From contig CP070758.1 of assembly GCA_020348925.1 (NCBI GenBank), positions 4,417,688 to 4,461,774 on the forward strand: a stretch of 44,087 bases of DNA, written 5' to 3'. Every line of letters begins with the position of its first letter. The stretch's first letter is position 1. The DNA is from Gemmatimonadota bacterium (GTDB lineage Bacteria > JBHIER01 > G020348925). Under the pieces are notes generated by a model, which worked only from the letters and a program-made list of their open reading frames with translations, was not told where the DNA came from and did not search any database. This document shows positions 37,182 through 44,087 of the stretch, piece by piece. Made by a program: the position numbers and the translations under genes.

Positions 37182-38264
37182 ATGGAGAGACTGAAAATTT
37201 TTGTCCTCCGTAATTTTGAAAAAATTCTCGTTACCTGTTTGCTTCTCATTGTGGTTGCGACCCATCTGTTTGTCGTGCACAAGATGGTTTTTCTGAACAT
37301 CTTCTTCCTGCCAGTCCTTGTTTCCGGTTTTGTACTCGGACGGAAAGGGGCAATCCTGACCAGTTTGCTCTCAATTGCACTTGTCGTATATGTCTCGGTT
37401 ATTTATCCCCAAACGTTTCAAGCGAGGGGTCTGGCCACATCGAGTGGAAATATCGATGTCGTTATGGGATTGATACTGTGGGGAGGTTTTCTTACGCTGG
37501 CCGGATATGTGGTGGGGACATTATACGAGCAGAAGGAGAAAAAGGTCCATGAGCTCCGCAGGGCGTACACAGGCATTTTGGAGATATTGACCAAATATCT
37601 GGAGTCGGCCGATCGCTACACAAAGGGTCATTCCTTGAGAGTGGCGGATACCTCCACGGATATCGCTGCTGCCATGAATCTCCCTGAGCATGAAATCGAG
37701 AACGTTCGCGTTGCGGCGCTTCTGCACGACGTCGGAAAGATCGAAATCAGTACGGATATTATTCACAAAGCCGCCAGTTTGACCGAAAGGGAGCGGAAAA
37801 TCATCGAAAGCCATTCGGAGGGTGGAGCCAGAATTCTGGATTCAATGGGAGTCGTGTTGAAGGAGTCCATTCCCATTGTTTTAGCCCATCACCACTACTA
37901 CCGGGACGTCGATTCGACGACAGGCAGCGGTCGAGATCAAATTCCATTGGGGGCGAGAATCATCGCCGTGGCCGATGCTTTCGATGCCATGGTGACGGAT
38001 CGACCGTATCGCCGGGGTAAGCCCGGATGGTTGGCCCTGGAGGAGATCGAACGCTGTGCCGGCGATCAATTTGATCCGGATGTGGTGAGGGCCTTCAAGT
38101 CGGTCTTTCCGGAGATCATGGAAGTAGAAACAGGTGGTACGGAAGCAGTGTGTCCCATGATGGGGGATGTGGAGAGGGAAAAACGCGGCAAGAGACCTCT
38201 CAGGAAAACCACGGAATTACAGCATGTGATTGAAGAACGTGCCAAAATCTCACGTCCGGCTTGA
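37182..38264 (+). CDS. Membrane-bound HD-GYP-like phosphohydrolase (GYP loop absent)
   Basis: About 4 TMs; YTKGHSLRVA, LLHDVGK, AHHH, IPLGARIIAVADAFDAM, DRPYR, QFDP; strong SD AAAGGAGGTGA. Confidence 0.88.
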   Translation: MERLKIFVLRNFEKILVTCLLLIVVATHLFVVHKMVFLNIFFLPVLVSGFVLGRKGAILTSLLSIALVVYVSVIYPQTFQARGLATSSGNIDVVMGLILWGGFLTLAGYVVGTLYEQKEKKVHELRRAYTGILEILTKYLESADRYTKGHSLRVADTSTDIAAAMNLPEHEIENVRVAALLHDVGKIEISTDIIHKAASLTERERKIIESHSEGGARILDSMGVVLKESIPIVLAHHHYYRDVDSTTGSGRDQIPLGARIIAVADAFDAMVTDRPYRRGKPGWLALEEIERCAGDQFDPDVVRAFKSVFPEIMEVETGGTEAVCPMMGDVEREKRGKRPLRKTTELQHVIEERAKISRPA

Positions 38265-38574
38265 AATGAGGCGAGGTCGCTGTCTCACGGTCGAGATGAT
38301 CGCCTTCGGCTCAGGCCTCAGAGTATCCGCTTGCACGCCTCGCCACGGAAAAGGGCCTCATCCTGACAGAAACGACGAAACGGTCCCGAACCGATGCCGG
38401 TCCGGGATCCCGGTCCGTGGGGAAGTTGATGTTCCGAAACAAACAGAGGCTGGGGCCACGTTTGGTATTGTCCCTGAAGATCAGCGAGCCGTACATTTTT
38501 GAAGTGCGTGACCGGTCGAATATTCTGATGATATGGACCGGGCCTGAGGCAGAACTCCCAAACAAGGACCAAAA

Positions 38575-38587
38575 TGGGGCAAATACC
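38575..38587 (+). promoter_or_regulatory. Candidate enhancer (bEBP) site, copy 2
   Basis: TGGGGCAAATACC, 168 nt before -24 GG, followed by an AT-rich tract (38655-38702). Confidence 0.4.
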
Positions 38588-38746
38588 TTACTTTCGATCC
38601 CTTCCTTGATCCAGACCTTTCTCCAGACCTTTCCAAAAAAAGGAGTTTCAGATTAATATTTTATTTCAATAATATATTAAATATTAAATACTTAAATTAA
38701 TTCATCGAGGTTTCTAAGCGGACTATTCGAGTTATCGTAAGCAATT

Positions 38747-38763
38747 TTGGTACGGTTTTCGCA
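38747..38763 (+). promoter_or_regulatory. sigma54-type promoter
   Basis: TTGGTACGGTTTTCGCA (GG-N10-GC). Confidence 0.6.
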
Positions 38764-38825
38764 CTATGATTTAAGTAAAATATGTCGTCTCCCTGCGAAG
38801 AGAAATTCAGTCTGCAGGAGAGAAT

Positions 38826-38927
38826 TGCTCGAAAAGGTAAACCTCGGGAAACCGAGGGGCACAAAGCTGCGGGTCTAAAAACGGTGTGATGGTTTACTCC
38901 CGTTCATGATAGCCGGGCTACCGAAGC
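38826..38927 (+). ncRNA. c-di-GMP-I (GEMM) riboswitch, canonical
   Basis: GGTAAA-CCTCGG-GAAA-CCGAGG-GGCACAAAGCTGCGGGTCTAA...ATGATAGCCGGGCTACCGAA; P1 TGCTCG/CGAAGCA; G20 and C92 present. Confidence 0.93.
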
Positions 38928-38960
38928 ACACAAGGTGATCTTGGGTAGTCCGGTTTTTTT
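38913..38960 (+). terminator. Riboswitch terminator overlapping aptamer 3' end (predicted ON switch)
   Basis: CCGGGCTACC...GGTAGTCCGG followed by T7. Confidence 0.85.
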
Positions 38961-38983
38961 ATGGTTACCAGAGGATAGAATGG

Positions 38984-39403
38984 ATGATGCAGAGACCCGA
39001 AAAAAACAGAAGAAGGAATAAAGGAATGAGGGCGCGCCACCTTTTTGGTCAAAAAGGCTTTACCTTGGTGGAAGTGATGGTAGCCATGTTCATTTTCGGG
39101 ATTTTGGCTACTGGAATAACAACATTAATGGCGGTGCTCATTCAAAACAACGATTTCAGCCGATGCATGACTGAGGCAACCACTCTGGCTGAAAGTAAAC
39201 TGGAAGTCCTTCGAAACGTGGGTTACATGAACATTCCCGCAGGGTGGGGATCGGATGAGCCATCTCCTGACTATTTCAGGTCGTGGATCGTTGAAGAGAA
39301 TGTTCCACAATCCGGGATGAAGCAGATAACGGTAGCGGTGAGTTGGTACAACTCAAAAGGACAGACACATAGTGTGAAAATCTACACAATTTTACACCGG
39401 TAA
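38984..39403 (+). CDS. pilV: PilV-like minor type IV pilin
   Basis: Class III signal QKG|FTLVE, ATTLAESKLE.L, R.W.V, ITVAVSW. Start may be 39026. Confidence 0.8.
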   Translation: MMQRPEKNRRRNKGMRARHLFGQKGFTLVEVMVAMFIFGILATGITTLMAVLIQNNDFSRCMTEATTLAESKLEVLRNVGYMNIPAGWGSDEPSPDYFRSWIVEENVPQSGMKQITVAVSWYNSKGQTHSVKIYTILHR

Positions 39404-39421
39404 TTCTTGCGGAGCACGAAA

Positions 39422-40258
39422 ATGTTTTCGACCATTCGTTTCCATGAAAAGGGTGCATCGATCATAGAATTATTGATTTGTCTTGTCATTGCAAGCGTTC
39501 TGGTGACGTTCATGACTCGATTCTTTGTAGCCCAGAACCGGATATCCCATATCGAGGAACAAGTGAGTTTCATGCAGGAGAATGTACGATTGGCTATGGA
39601 GATCATTACGCGTGATGTGATGAATGCAGGGACCGGTATCCCATCTGGTGAAGGAGTCTTTCCCTTGATCCCGGGTGATGGGGCGTCCGGCAGTTCTGAT
39701 TCACTCGTCATCATGGCCAATTTTGATTATCAGTATACAGAGTTGTTTGAGGACGAGCAAGTGGATCAAACGATACATGTGATGAATGCGACCGGATTTT
39801 ACGTGGGTGGGTTACTGTACATTGAAGATTTTGATGGTGGAGCGTTTCATACGATAACAAGTATTACGTTGGACACACCAAAGGAGGATCAAATTACCGT
39901 TTCTCAACCATTGAATCGGCCCTTTCAAAAGGATGATACAGTAGTCTCGCCGATTGCGAGAGTGAGTTATGGGCTCACTTGGACTGAACAGGGTCGTCCG
40001 AGTTTGGTACGTACGGTCAAAGGCTCAGGGGCGAAGGTGTTAGCTGAGAACATTGAAGATCTTCAGTTTTCATTCATCATGTCTGATGGGTCGGAGACTT
40101 CTCAACCTGCGGATATGACGGAAGTGCGGCTGGTAAAAATCCAGATGACGGCCCGTACGGAAAAAGCGGATTGTGAATTTGTTGATGACGGGTATCGTCG
40201 TCGGACGTTGGAATCTATAGTCCAACCGAGGAACTTGGATCTGCAATGTCATAAGTGA
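39422..40258 (+). CDS. pilW: PilW-like minor type IV pilin
   Basis: EKG|ASIIE, QENVRLAME.ITRDV.NAG, LAENIEDLQF, final PRN. Confidence 0.8.
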   Translation: MFSTIRFHEKGASIIELLICLVIASVLVTFMTRFFVAQNRISHIEEQVSFMQENVRLAMEIITRDVMNAGTGIPSGEGVFPLIPGDGASGSSDSLVIMANFDYQYTELFEDEQVDQTIHVMNATGFYVGGLLYIEDFDGGAFHTITSITLDTPKEDQITVSQPLNRPFQKDDTVVSPIARVSYGLTWTEQGRPSLVRTVKGSGAKVLAENIEDLQFSFIMSDGSETSQPADMTEVRLVKIQMTARTEKADCEFVDDGYRRRTLESIVQPRNLDLQCHK

Positions 40259-40284
40259 AGTTTAAACATCAAGGGGGTGTGTTG

Positions 40285-41571
40285 ATGTTAAAAAACAGAG
40301 TCGGAAACGAGCAAGGTGGAGTGCTGTTCATAGCAGCTTTTGCCACACTGATCATTCTCGTGTGCGGTCTGACGACGTATTACATGGCTACGACCGAATT
40401 GACCGCTTCCAGTGCAAGGTACGAAAAAGCGAAGGCTCACTATCTGGCCGAAGCCGGTGTTCAACGGGCCATTTCTGAGTTGACTTCAGGGATGAACGAC
40501 GGCTGGGATGATGAGTTGATCGGTGCTGATGGCGAACTGGGCACGTGTGACGATGGTATTTTAAGTTTCGGGGCACAGGTTGACTGTTATGTGGATGATA
40601 CCGATTCCCAGATACTGAACGATACCTATTCTCAGACACAAGAGGTGCCAATGAATCAGACACCATGTGATTATTTGGTGGGTCACTACAGTGTACGATT
40701 AAGTGATGGCCGACCTGAGGATGAACGGAACGAGCCGTGCAACAGGGTGATTGTCAGATCGGTCGGGACTTCTGGGAATAATGTTAAAAAAGTGATCGAA
40801 TCAGAATTTGAGACATTTAGCCTCATACGATCACCCTCCACGGCGTTCATTATTCCGGGAGCAGATACGACCGCATACCCCGATGCGGATTACAGCGGTC
40901 AATCCTGGGTCATTGATGGAAGCGATACGAACCCAGGGCTTGATCCCAATGATCCGAGTGATGATGTCCCCGTTTACAATTCCGCTGTTTTCGGGATAGG
41001 TGTGAATGCAAATCCACAATCATTTATTGATAACTTGAGGGACAATCAAAGGGATCAGATACGAGGGGCTGGATTCGATAGCTCATCAGTCCCGCCAACA
41101 CCCAGTATTGGCCAGCTGGACGTGAAGCTTAATTTGGATGAGACCGCCAGTAACATGATGAAGATAGCGGACCAGACTGTAGCCCCGGGAACATATTCTA
41201 CTTTTACAGGATTTGGAAGCCCCAGTGACTACCAGGTCACCGTCTGTGACGGGGATCTGCATCTCAGCGGACAGATACAGGGGTATGGTGTCCTGGTGGT
41301 TACAGGAGACTTTAAAATGTCCGGTTCAGGAACCTGGAACGGTTACATTATTGTCCAGGGTGATGTAGAATTTGCCGGAGGAGGAGATCAGTTTCTCCTC
41401 TATGGTTCGGTCATGTGTGGAACATCCTCAGGCTTGGGATGTTCCACCAAGTTTTCGATCAAAGGGAACGCCGATCTGTATTACTCCTCCTCGGAGATTG
41501 AGAAAGCGCGAGAAGGTGCAAAAGGCGTGGTGCAGAAATCCTGGCGGTCGAAACCAGCAAAGGAGTTATGA
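40285..41571 (+). CDS. pilX: PilX-like pilus assembly protein (paralogue 1)
   Basis: NEQG|GVLF without E5, AHYLAEAGV.RA, IVRSVG, C-terminal G.L.V.GD beta-helix, terminal SWR. Confidence 0.8.
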   Translation: MLKNRVGNEQGGVLFIAAFATLIILVCGLTTYYMATTELTASSARYEKAKAHYLAEAGVQRAISELTSGMNDGWDDELIGADGELGTCDDGILSFGAQVDCYVDDTDSQILNDTYSQTQEVPMNQTPCDYLVGHYSVRLSDGRPEDERNEPCNRVIVRSVGTSGNNVKKVIESEFETFSLIRSPSTAFIIPGADTTAYPDADYSGQSWVIDGSDTNPGLDPNDPSDDVPVYNSAVFGIGVNANPQSFIDNLRDNQRDQIRGAGFDSSSVPPTPSIGQLDVKLNLDETASNMMKIADQTVAPGTYSTFTGFGSPSDYQVTVCDGDLHLSGQIQGYGVLVVTGDFKMSGSGTWNGYIIVQGDVEFAGGGDQFLLYGSVMCGTSSGLGCSTKFSIKGNADLYYSSSEIEKAREGAKGVVQKSWRSKPAKEL

Positions 41572-41655
41572 TCATGTTTGGTGGAATTCATTTTTAAGAG
41601 AGTTACTGTATTCTCTGCGCTCCGTCCGTTCGGAGTTGCGGATGAGAAGGGTGGA

Positions 41656-41745
41656 GAAATAGATACATCGAGAAACCGTGGGACAGAACGCTGCGGAATT
41701 CAAAACGGTTGCGTGTGTGAGGTTCAGACAGCCGAACCGCCGAAG
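41656..41745 (+). ncRNA. Degenerate c-di-GMP-I riboswitch copy
   Basis: Colinear with the 38831-38926 aptamer (GAAA-CCG.GG, GCTGCGG, AAAACGG, GTTCA, GA.AGCCG, CCGAAG), but binding-pocket words are altered (GGTAAA to AGATA, ACAAA to AGAAC). Confidence 0.65.
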
Positions 41746-41779
41746 TGTTTCGAGGACACTTCGGTCGTTCGGCTTTTTT
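41730..41779 (+). terminator. Strong Rho-independent terminator (former riboswitch expression platform)
   Basis: AGCCGAAC.GCCGAAGTGTTT/GGACACTTCGGT.GTTCGGCT followed by a T run. Confidence 0.88.
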
Positions 41780-42160
41780 CTTGTCAGAGCCGTAGGCTTT
41801 GGTGCGATCACTGGAATATGCTTTCAATTTTTATCCAGGATTGTGGATGCCGCACTCCCTGCTGGTGCTCATCACATGCATCCTCTCTTGTGACCGTTGG
41901 GCGGAATCCGGTTGTGTATACACTGTCTCTTCAGGTCCCTGGCGAAGGAGCGCTGCACTTTGGGATACAGGGAGGCTGATGCGTCCGGTGTGGCGCGAGT
42001 CGGGGGGTGGAATCGTGCGGTTTCTGTCTGCAAAATGCGAGAATATATCGTCTGTTTGGTTCGGAAAGTTCCTCTTCCTCAAGTCTATGAACTTGATTAT
42101 GCTCTTGAAATATAAGCGGATAGGCTGTTTCGTTTTCCAAAGCATTCGAACCGCTTTTTT

Positions 42161-42177
42161 TGGGCATGCACTTTGCG
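42161..42177 (+). promoter_or_regulatory. sigma54-type promoter for pilX paralogue 2
   Basis: TGGGCATGCACTTTGCG (GG-N10-GC, TTGC at -12). Confidence 0.6.
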
Positions 42178-42273
42178 TTATGACACAGGAGAGAACGTAA
42201 CATCTGAGGCATGGGGAAACATCGAAGTTGTTACGGGTAGAGACAGACATTTTTACACGAGAGGGGGACAAAA

Positions 42274-43539
42274 ATGCCTTGGACTTTATATCGAAGGGAG
42301 TTGCAAAAACTCCGGCGGAGTGAAAAGGGTAGCGTTCTCTTGTTGGTGCTCTTCTGGGGCCTCATGATTTCGGTTCTCGGTGTCACGGCGTACTATGTGG
42401 CCAACACCGAGATTACGCAGTCCAGTAAGAAATACGAGATGGCCAAGGCCCTCTATTTGGCCGAAGGCGGTCTGGAGAGAGCGATTGTTGAGCTGAAGCT
42501 TGGGATCCGCAACGGATGGGACGATGAGATTGCGGGAGCGGACGGCGATTTGGGAACGGAGGATGACGGCATTCTGAGCTTTGGTGATCAAGTCAATTGT
42601 TACTCGCACGGCTATGGTGATGACTACGATCAGGGAGGGGTCGATTACTGGAATCGGTTCCTGGGGCATTACGATGTGAGGATCGTCGACGGCAGGAGGC
42701 CGGGCGAATCGCCGGAAAAGTGTAATCGGGTCATTGTGGGTTCCGATGGGGTCTCGACGAAAAACTTTGAACGGCGCGTGGAGGCGGAAGTGGAACTGTG
42801 GGAGCTCAAGCTTCCCGAAGCCCTCGTTTACATTGACGGGGGGACGGTCGATGCCAAATTCGATGGGAACGCCTTCCTTTTGGACGGCAAGGATACGAGT
42901 CCGGACGGTTCTCCGGGAGCCGGACCGAATGTCCCCGCGATTCTCGTCTCCAGTTGGCAGGATGCGAACACGATTAAGGAAGGAGTCTTTGATTATCAAT
43001 GTGATAAGATATTGGGCGTGGGCAATCTGTACGGACACGATCCGTGCGATCCCAGTGTCGCCGATCTGGGTGGGTGGAATCCGAATGATTTCAACCCGAA
43101 CAGGTTCAGGACCAAGGATCTTCCCAAGCTGGAAGAGATGGTGAATCACAGGATTCCTGGTGGAACCTACGCCGGGCAGTACACCATCGGTGCCCCTGAC
43201 GAGTATTTGATTACGAAAGCGACAGGAAGCCTCCATATTACCGGCCCCCTGACCGGCTATGGTGTGTTGATCGTTGATGGAGATTTTATCGTGACGGGTA
43301 TGGCGCGATGGGACGGTCTCATCATCGTGAAGAACGAGGCGCGGATGTCCGGAGGCGGCTGCCAATTTCATCTCTACGGGACGCTCATCATACTGAATGA
43401 ATCGGGTTTGGACAATGCCCAGGAGTTTCAGTTTTCCGGCCAGTCCGACGGCTTCTTCTGTAGAGAAAACATTGTCAGGATCCAAGATAGTGTCCAGACG
43501 CTGGTGGTCAACACCTGGCGACAGTCATCAGGGCTGTAG
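42274..43539 (+). CDS. PilX-like protein (paralogue 2)
   Basis: SEKG|SVLL, ALYLAEGGLERA, shared GWDDE..GADG.LGT.DDGILSFG.QV.CY, G.GVLIVDGD, terminal TWR. Confidence 0.8.
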   Translation: MPWTLYRRELQKLRRSEKGSVLLLVLFWGLMISVLGVTAYYVANTEITQSSKKYEMAKALYLAEGGLERAIVELKLGIRNGWDDEIAGADGDLGTEDDGILSFGDQVNCYSHGYGDDYDQGGVDYWNRFLGHYDVRIVDGRRPGESPEKCNRVIVGSDGVSTKNFERRVEAEVELWELKLPEALVYIDGGTVDAKFDGNAFLLDGKDTSPDGSPGAGPNVPAILVSSWQDANTIKEGVFDYQCDKILGVGNLYGHDPCDPSVADLGGWNPNDFNPNRFRTKDLPKLEEMVNHRIPGGTYAGQYTIGAPDEYLITKATGSLHITGPLTGYGVLIVDGDFIVTGMARWDGLIIVKNEARMSGGGCQFHLYGTLIILNESGLDNAQEFQFSGQSDGFFCRENIVRIQDSVQTLVVNTWRQSSGL

Positions 43540-43873
43540 ACAATTTCTTTTCAGGCGTGTGCGCATGAAGTTTTGAATAACAGAGTGCATGCGTTCCGCG
43601 CCCCCTGCTGGTGAACTCATAAACATGGGAAGCCGTTTCCTTCTACGGGCGGCAGAGCTATGATGCTGTCTGCCGAATAACCCAGAACGGGCAAAAAACC
43701 ATTTTCAAGGCATCCGTCACTCTCTTCCCAGTAAAATTCTTGGGAACATGGCAATCACTTTTTTTTCAATCCAGGGAAGTACTACAACTCCACAAAACAA
43801 TTGAAGATTATGAAAAGTGGGACGGTACACTTTGACTGTGGTCCCAGGAAATTTCCACCGGTACGGTCCTTTT

Positions 43874-43890
43874 TTGGTATGATATTAGCG
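43874..43890 (+). promoter_or_regulatory. sigma54-type promoter (weaker match)
   Basis: TTGGTATGATATTAGCG (GG-N10-GC). Confidence 0.45.
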
Positions 43891-43930
43891 TGACGGTATG
43901 CCTGCCTAAACGTGTCTTCGTCGATCGACA

Positions 43931-43986
43931 AAGGGAAACCTCGGGAGACCGGGCTGTTGAGGGAAATCCCTCGGTGGTTCGGCTTT
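43931..43986 (+). ncRNA. c-di-GMP-I riboswitch remnant with deleted core
   Basis: AAGGGAAACCTCGGGAGA-CCG-GGCT joins the P2 5' half directly to the aptamer 3' tail and terminator stem. Confidence 0.55.
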
Positions 43987-44042
43987 CGTGTCGATGCCGT
44001 GAACGGTTTCGCCGAGTGCACTCTACAAGAGAAAGAAGGATA

Positions 44043-44087
44043 ATGCATTCCAAAGCCCAGGAGTGTTTTCATTCCAAAAAAAGTGAG
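44043..44087 (+). CDS. Start of a CDS truncated by window end (possibly another prepilin-like/PilX protein)
   Basis: SD AAGAAGGA, then MHSKAQECFHSKKSE, open to the edge. The basic leader ending ..KSE resembles the RRSE(KG) leader of paralogue 2. Confidence 0.45.
   Translation, partial: MHSKAQECFHSKKSE

Noticed and set aside
36331-38921. cGAMP-specific (GEMM-Ib) assignment for the riboswitches
   Set aside because: Both intact aptamers have G, not A, at the position equivalent to Vc2 G20, and C at C92.
41572-42271. Several overlapping 70-146 aa ORFs between pilX1 and pilX2
   Set aside because: No motifs or SDs. The region is better explained by the riboswitch fossil, terminator and sigma54 promoter.
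40495-42600. DGR template/variable repeat or recent DNA repeat between pilX paralogues
   Set aside because: Differences are mostly synonymous rather than adenine-specific, and no reverse transcriptase is in the window.
42286-43485. 399-aa antisense ORF
   Set aside because: Shadow of pilX paralogue 2; no motifs.
1-44087. CRISPR arrays, tRNAs, IS elements, integrases
   Set aside because: No regularly spaced direct repeats, tRNA cloverleaf with TTCGA arm, or transposase/integrase motifs were seen by eye.

Overview
Bacterial chromosomal window, probably a diderm; the PorV-like and BamA-like outer-membrane proteins hint at an FCB-type lineage, which is inference only. A 100-N scaffold gap lies at 32861-32960. 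Left of the gap are mostly housekeeping and envelope genes: GH38 mannosidase, PAS histidine kinase, tandem-domain ThyX, NUDIX, transglutaminase-TPR, M20 peptidase, two STAS proteins, OMPs, a sigma54-type HEAT + HD-GYP pair, dapL, DUF4097/BamA-like, DUF1015-serA-serC and a nonsense-split Ser/Thr kinase. The intergenic DNA there holds a decayed vapBC module, a candidate sRNA carrying a 14-nt match to the 16S 3' end, and an unidentified, highly structured ~290-nt RNA ahead of dapL. Right of the gap is a type IV pilus locus: pilin C-terminus, pilD, a GT-C glycosyltransferase, a membrane HD-GYP-like protein, pilV-pilW-pilX, a second pilX and the start of a probable third. Its most striking feature is a repeated cassette of a sigma54-type promoter plus a c-di-GMP-I (GEMM) riboswitch in different states. 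One copy is canonical, one has a poly-G expansion and a large P3 insertion, one has decayed into a strong terminator, and one has lost its core by an apparent microhomology deletion. No CRISPR array, rRNA, tRNA or transposase was recognised.
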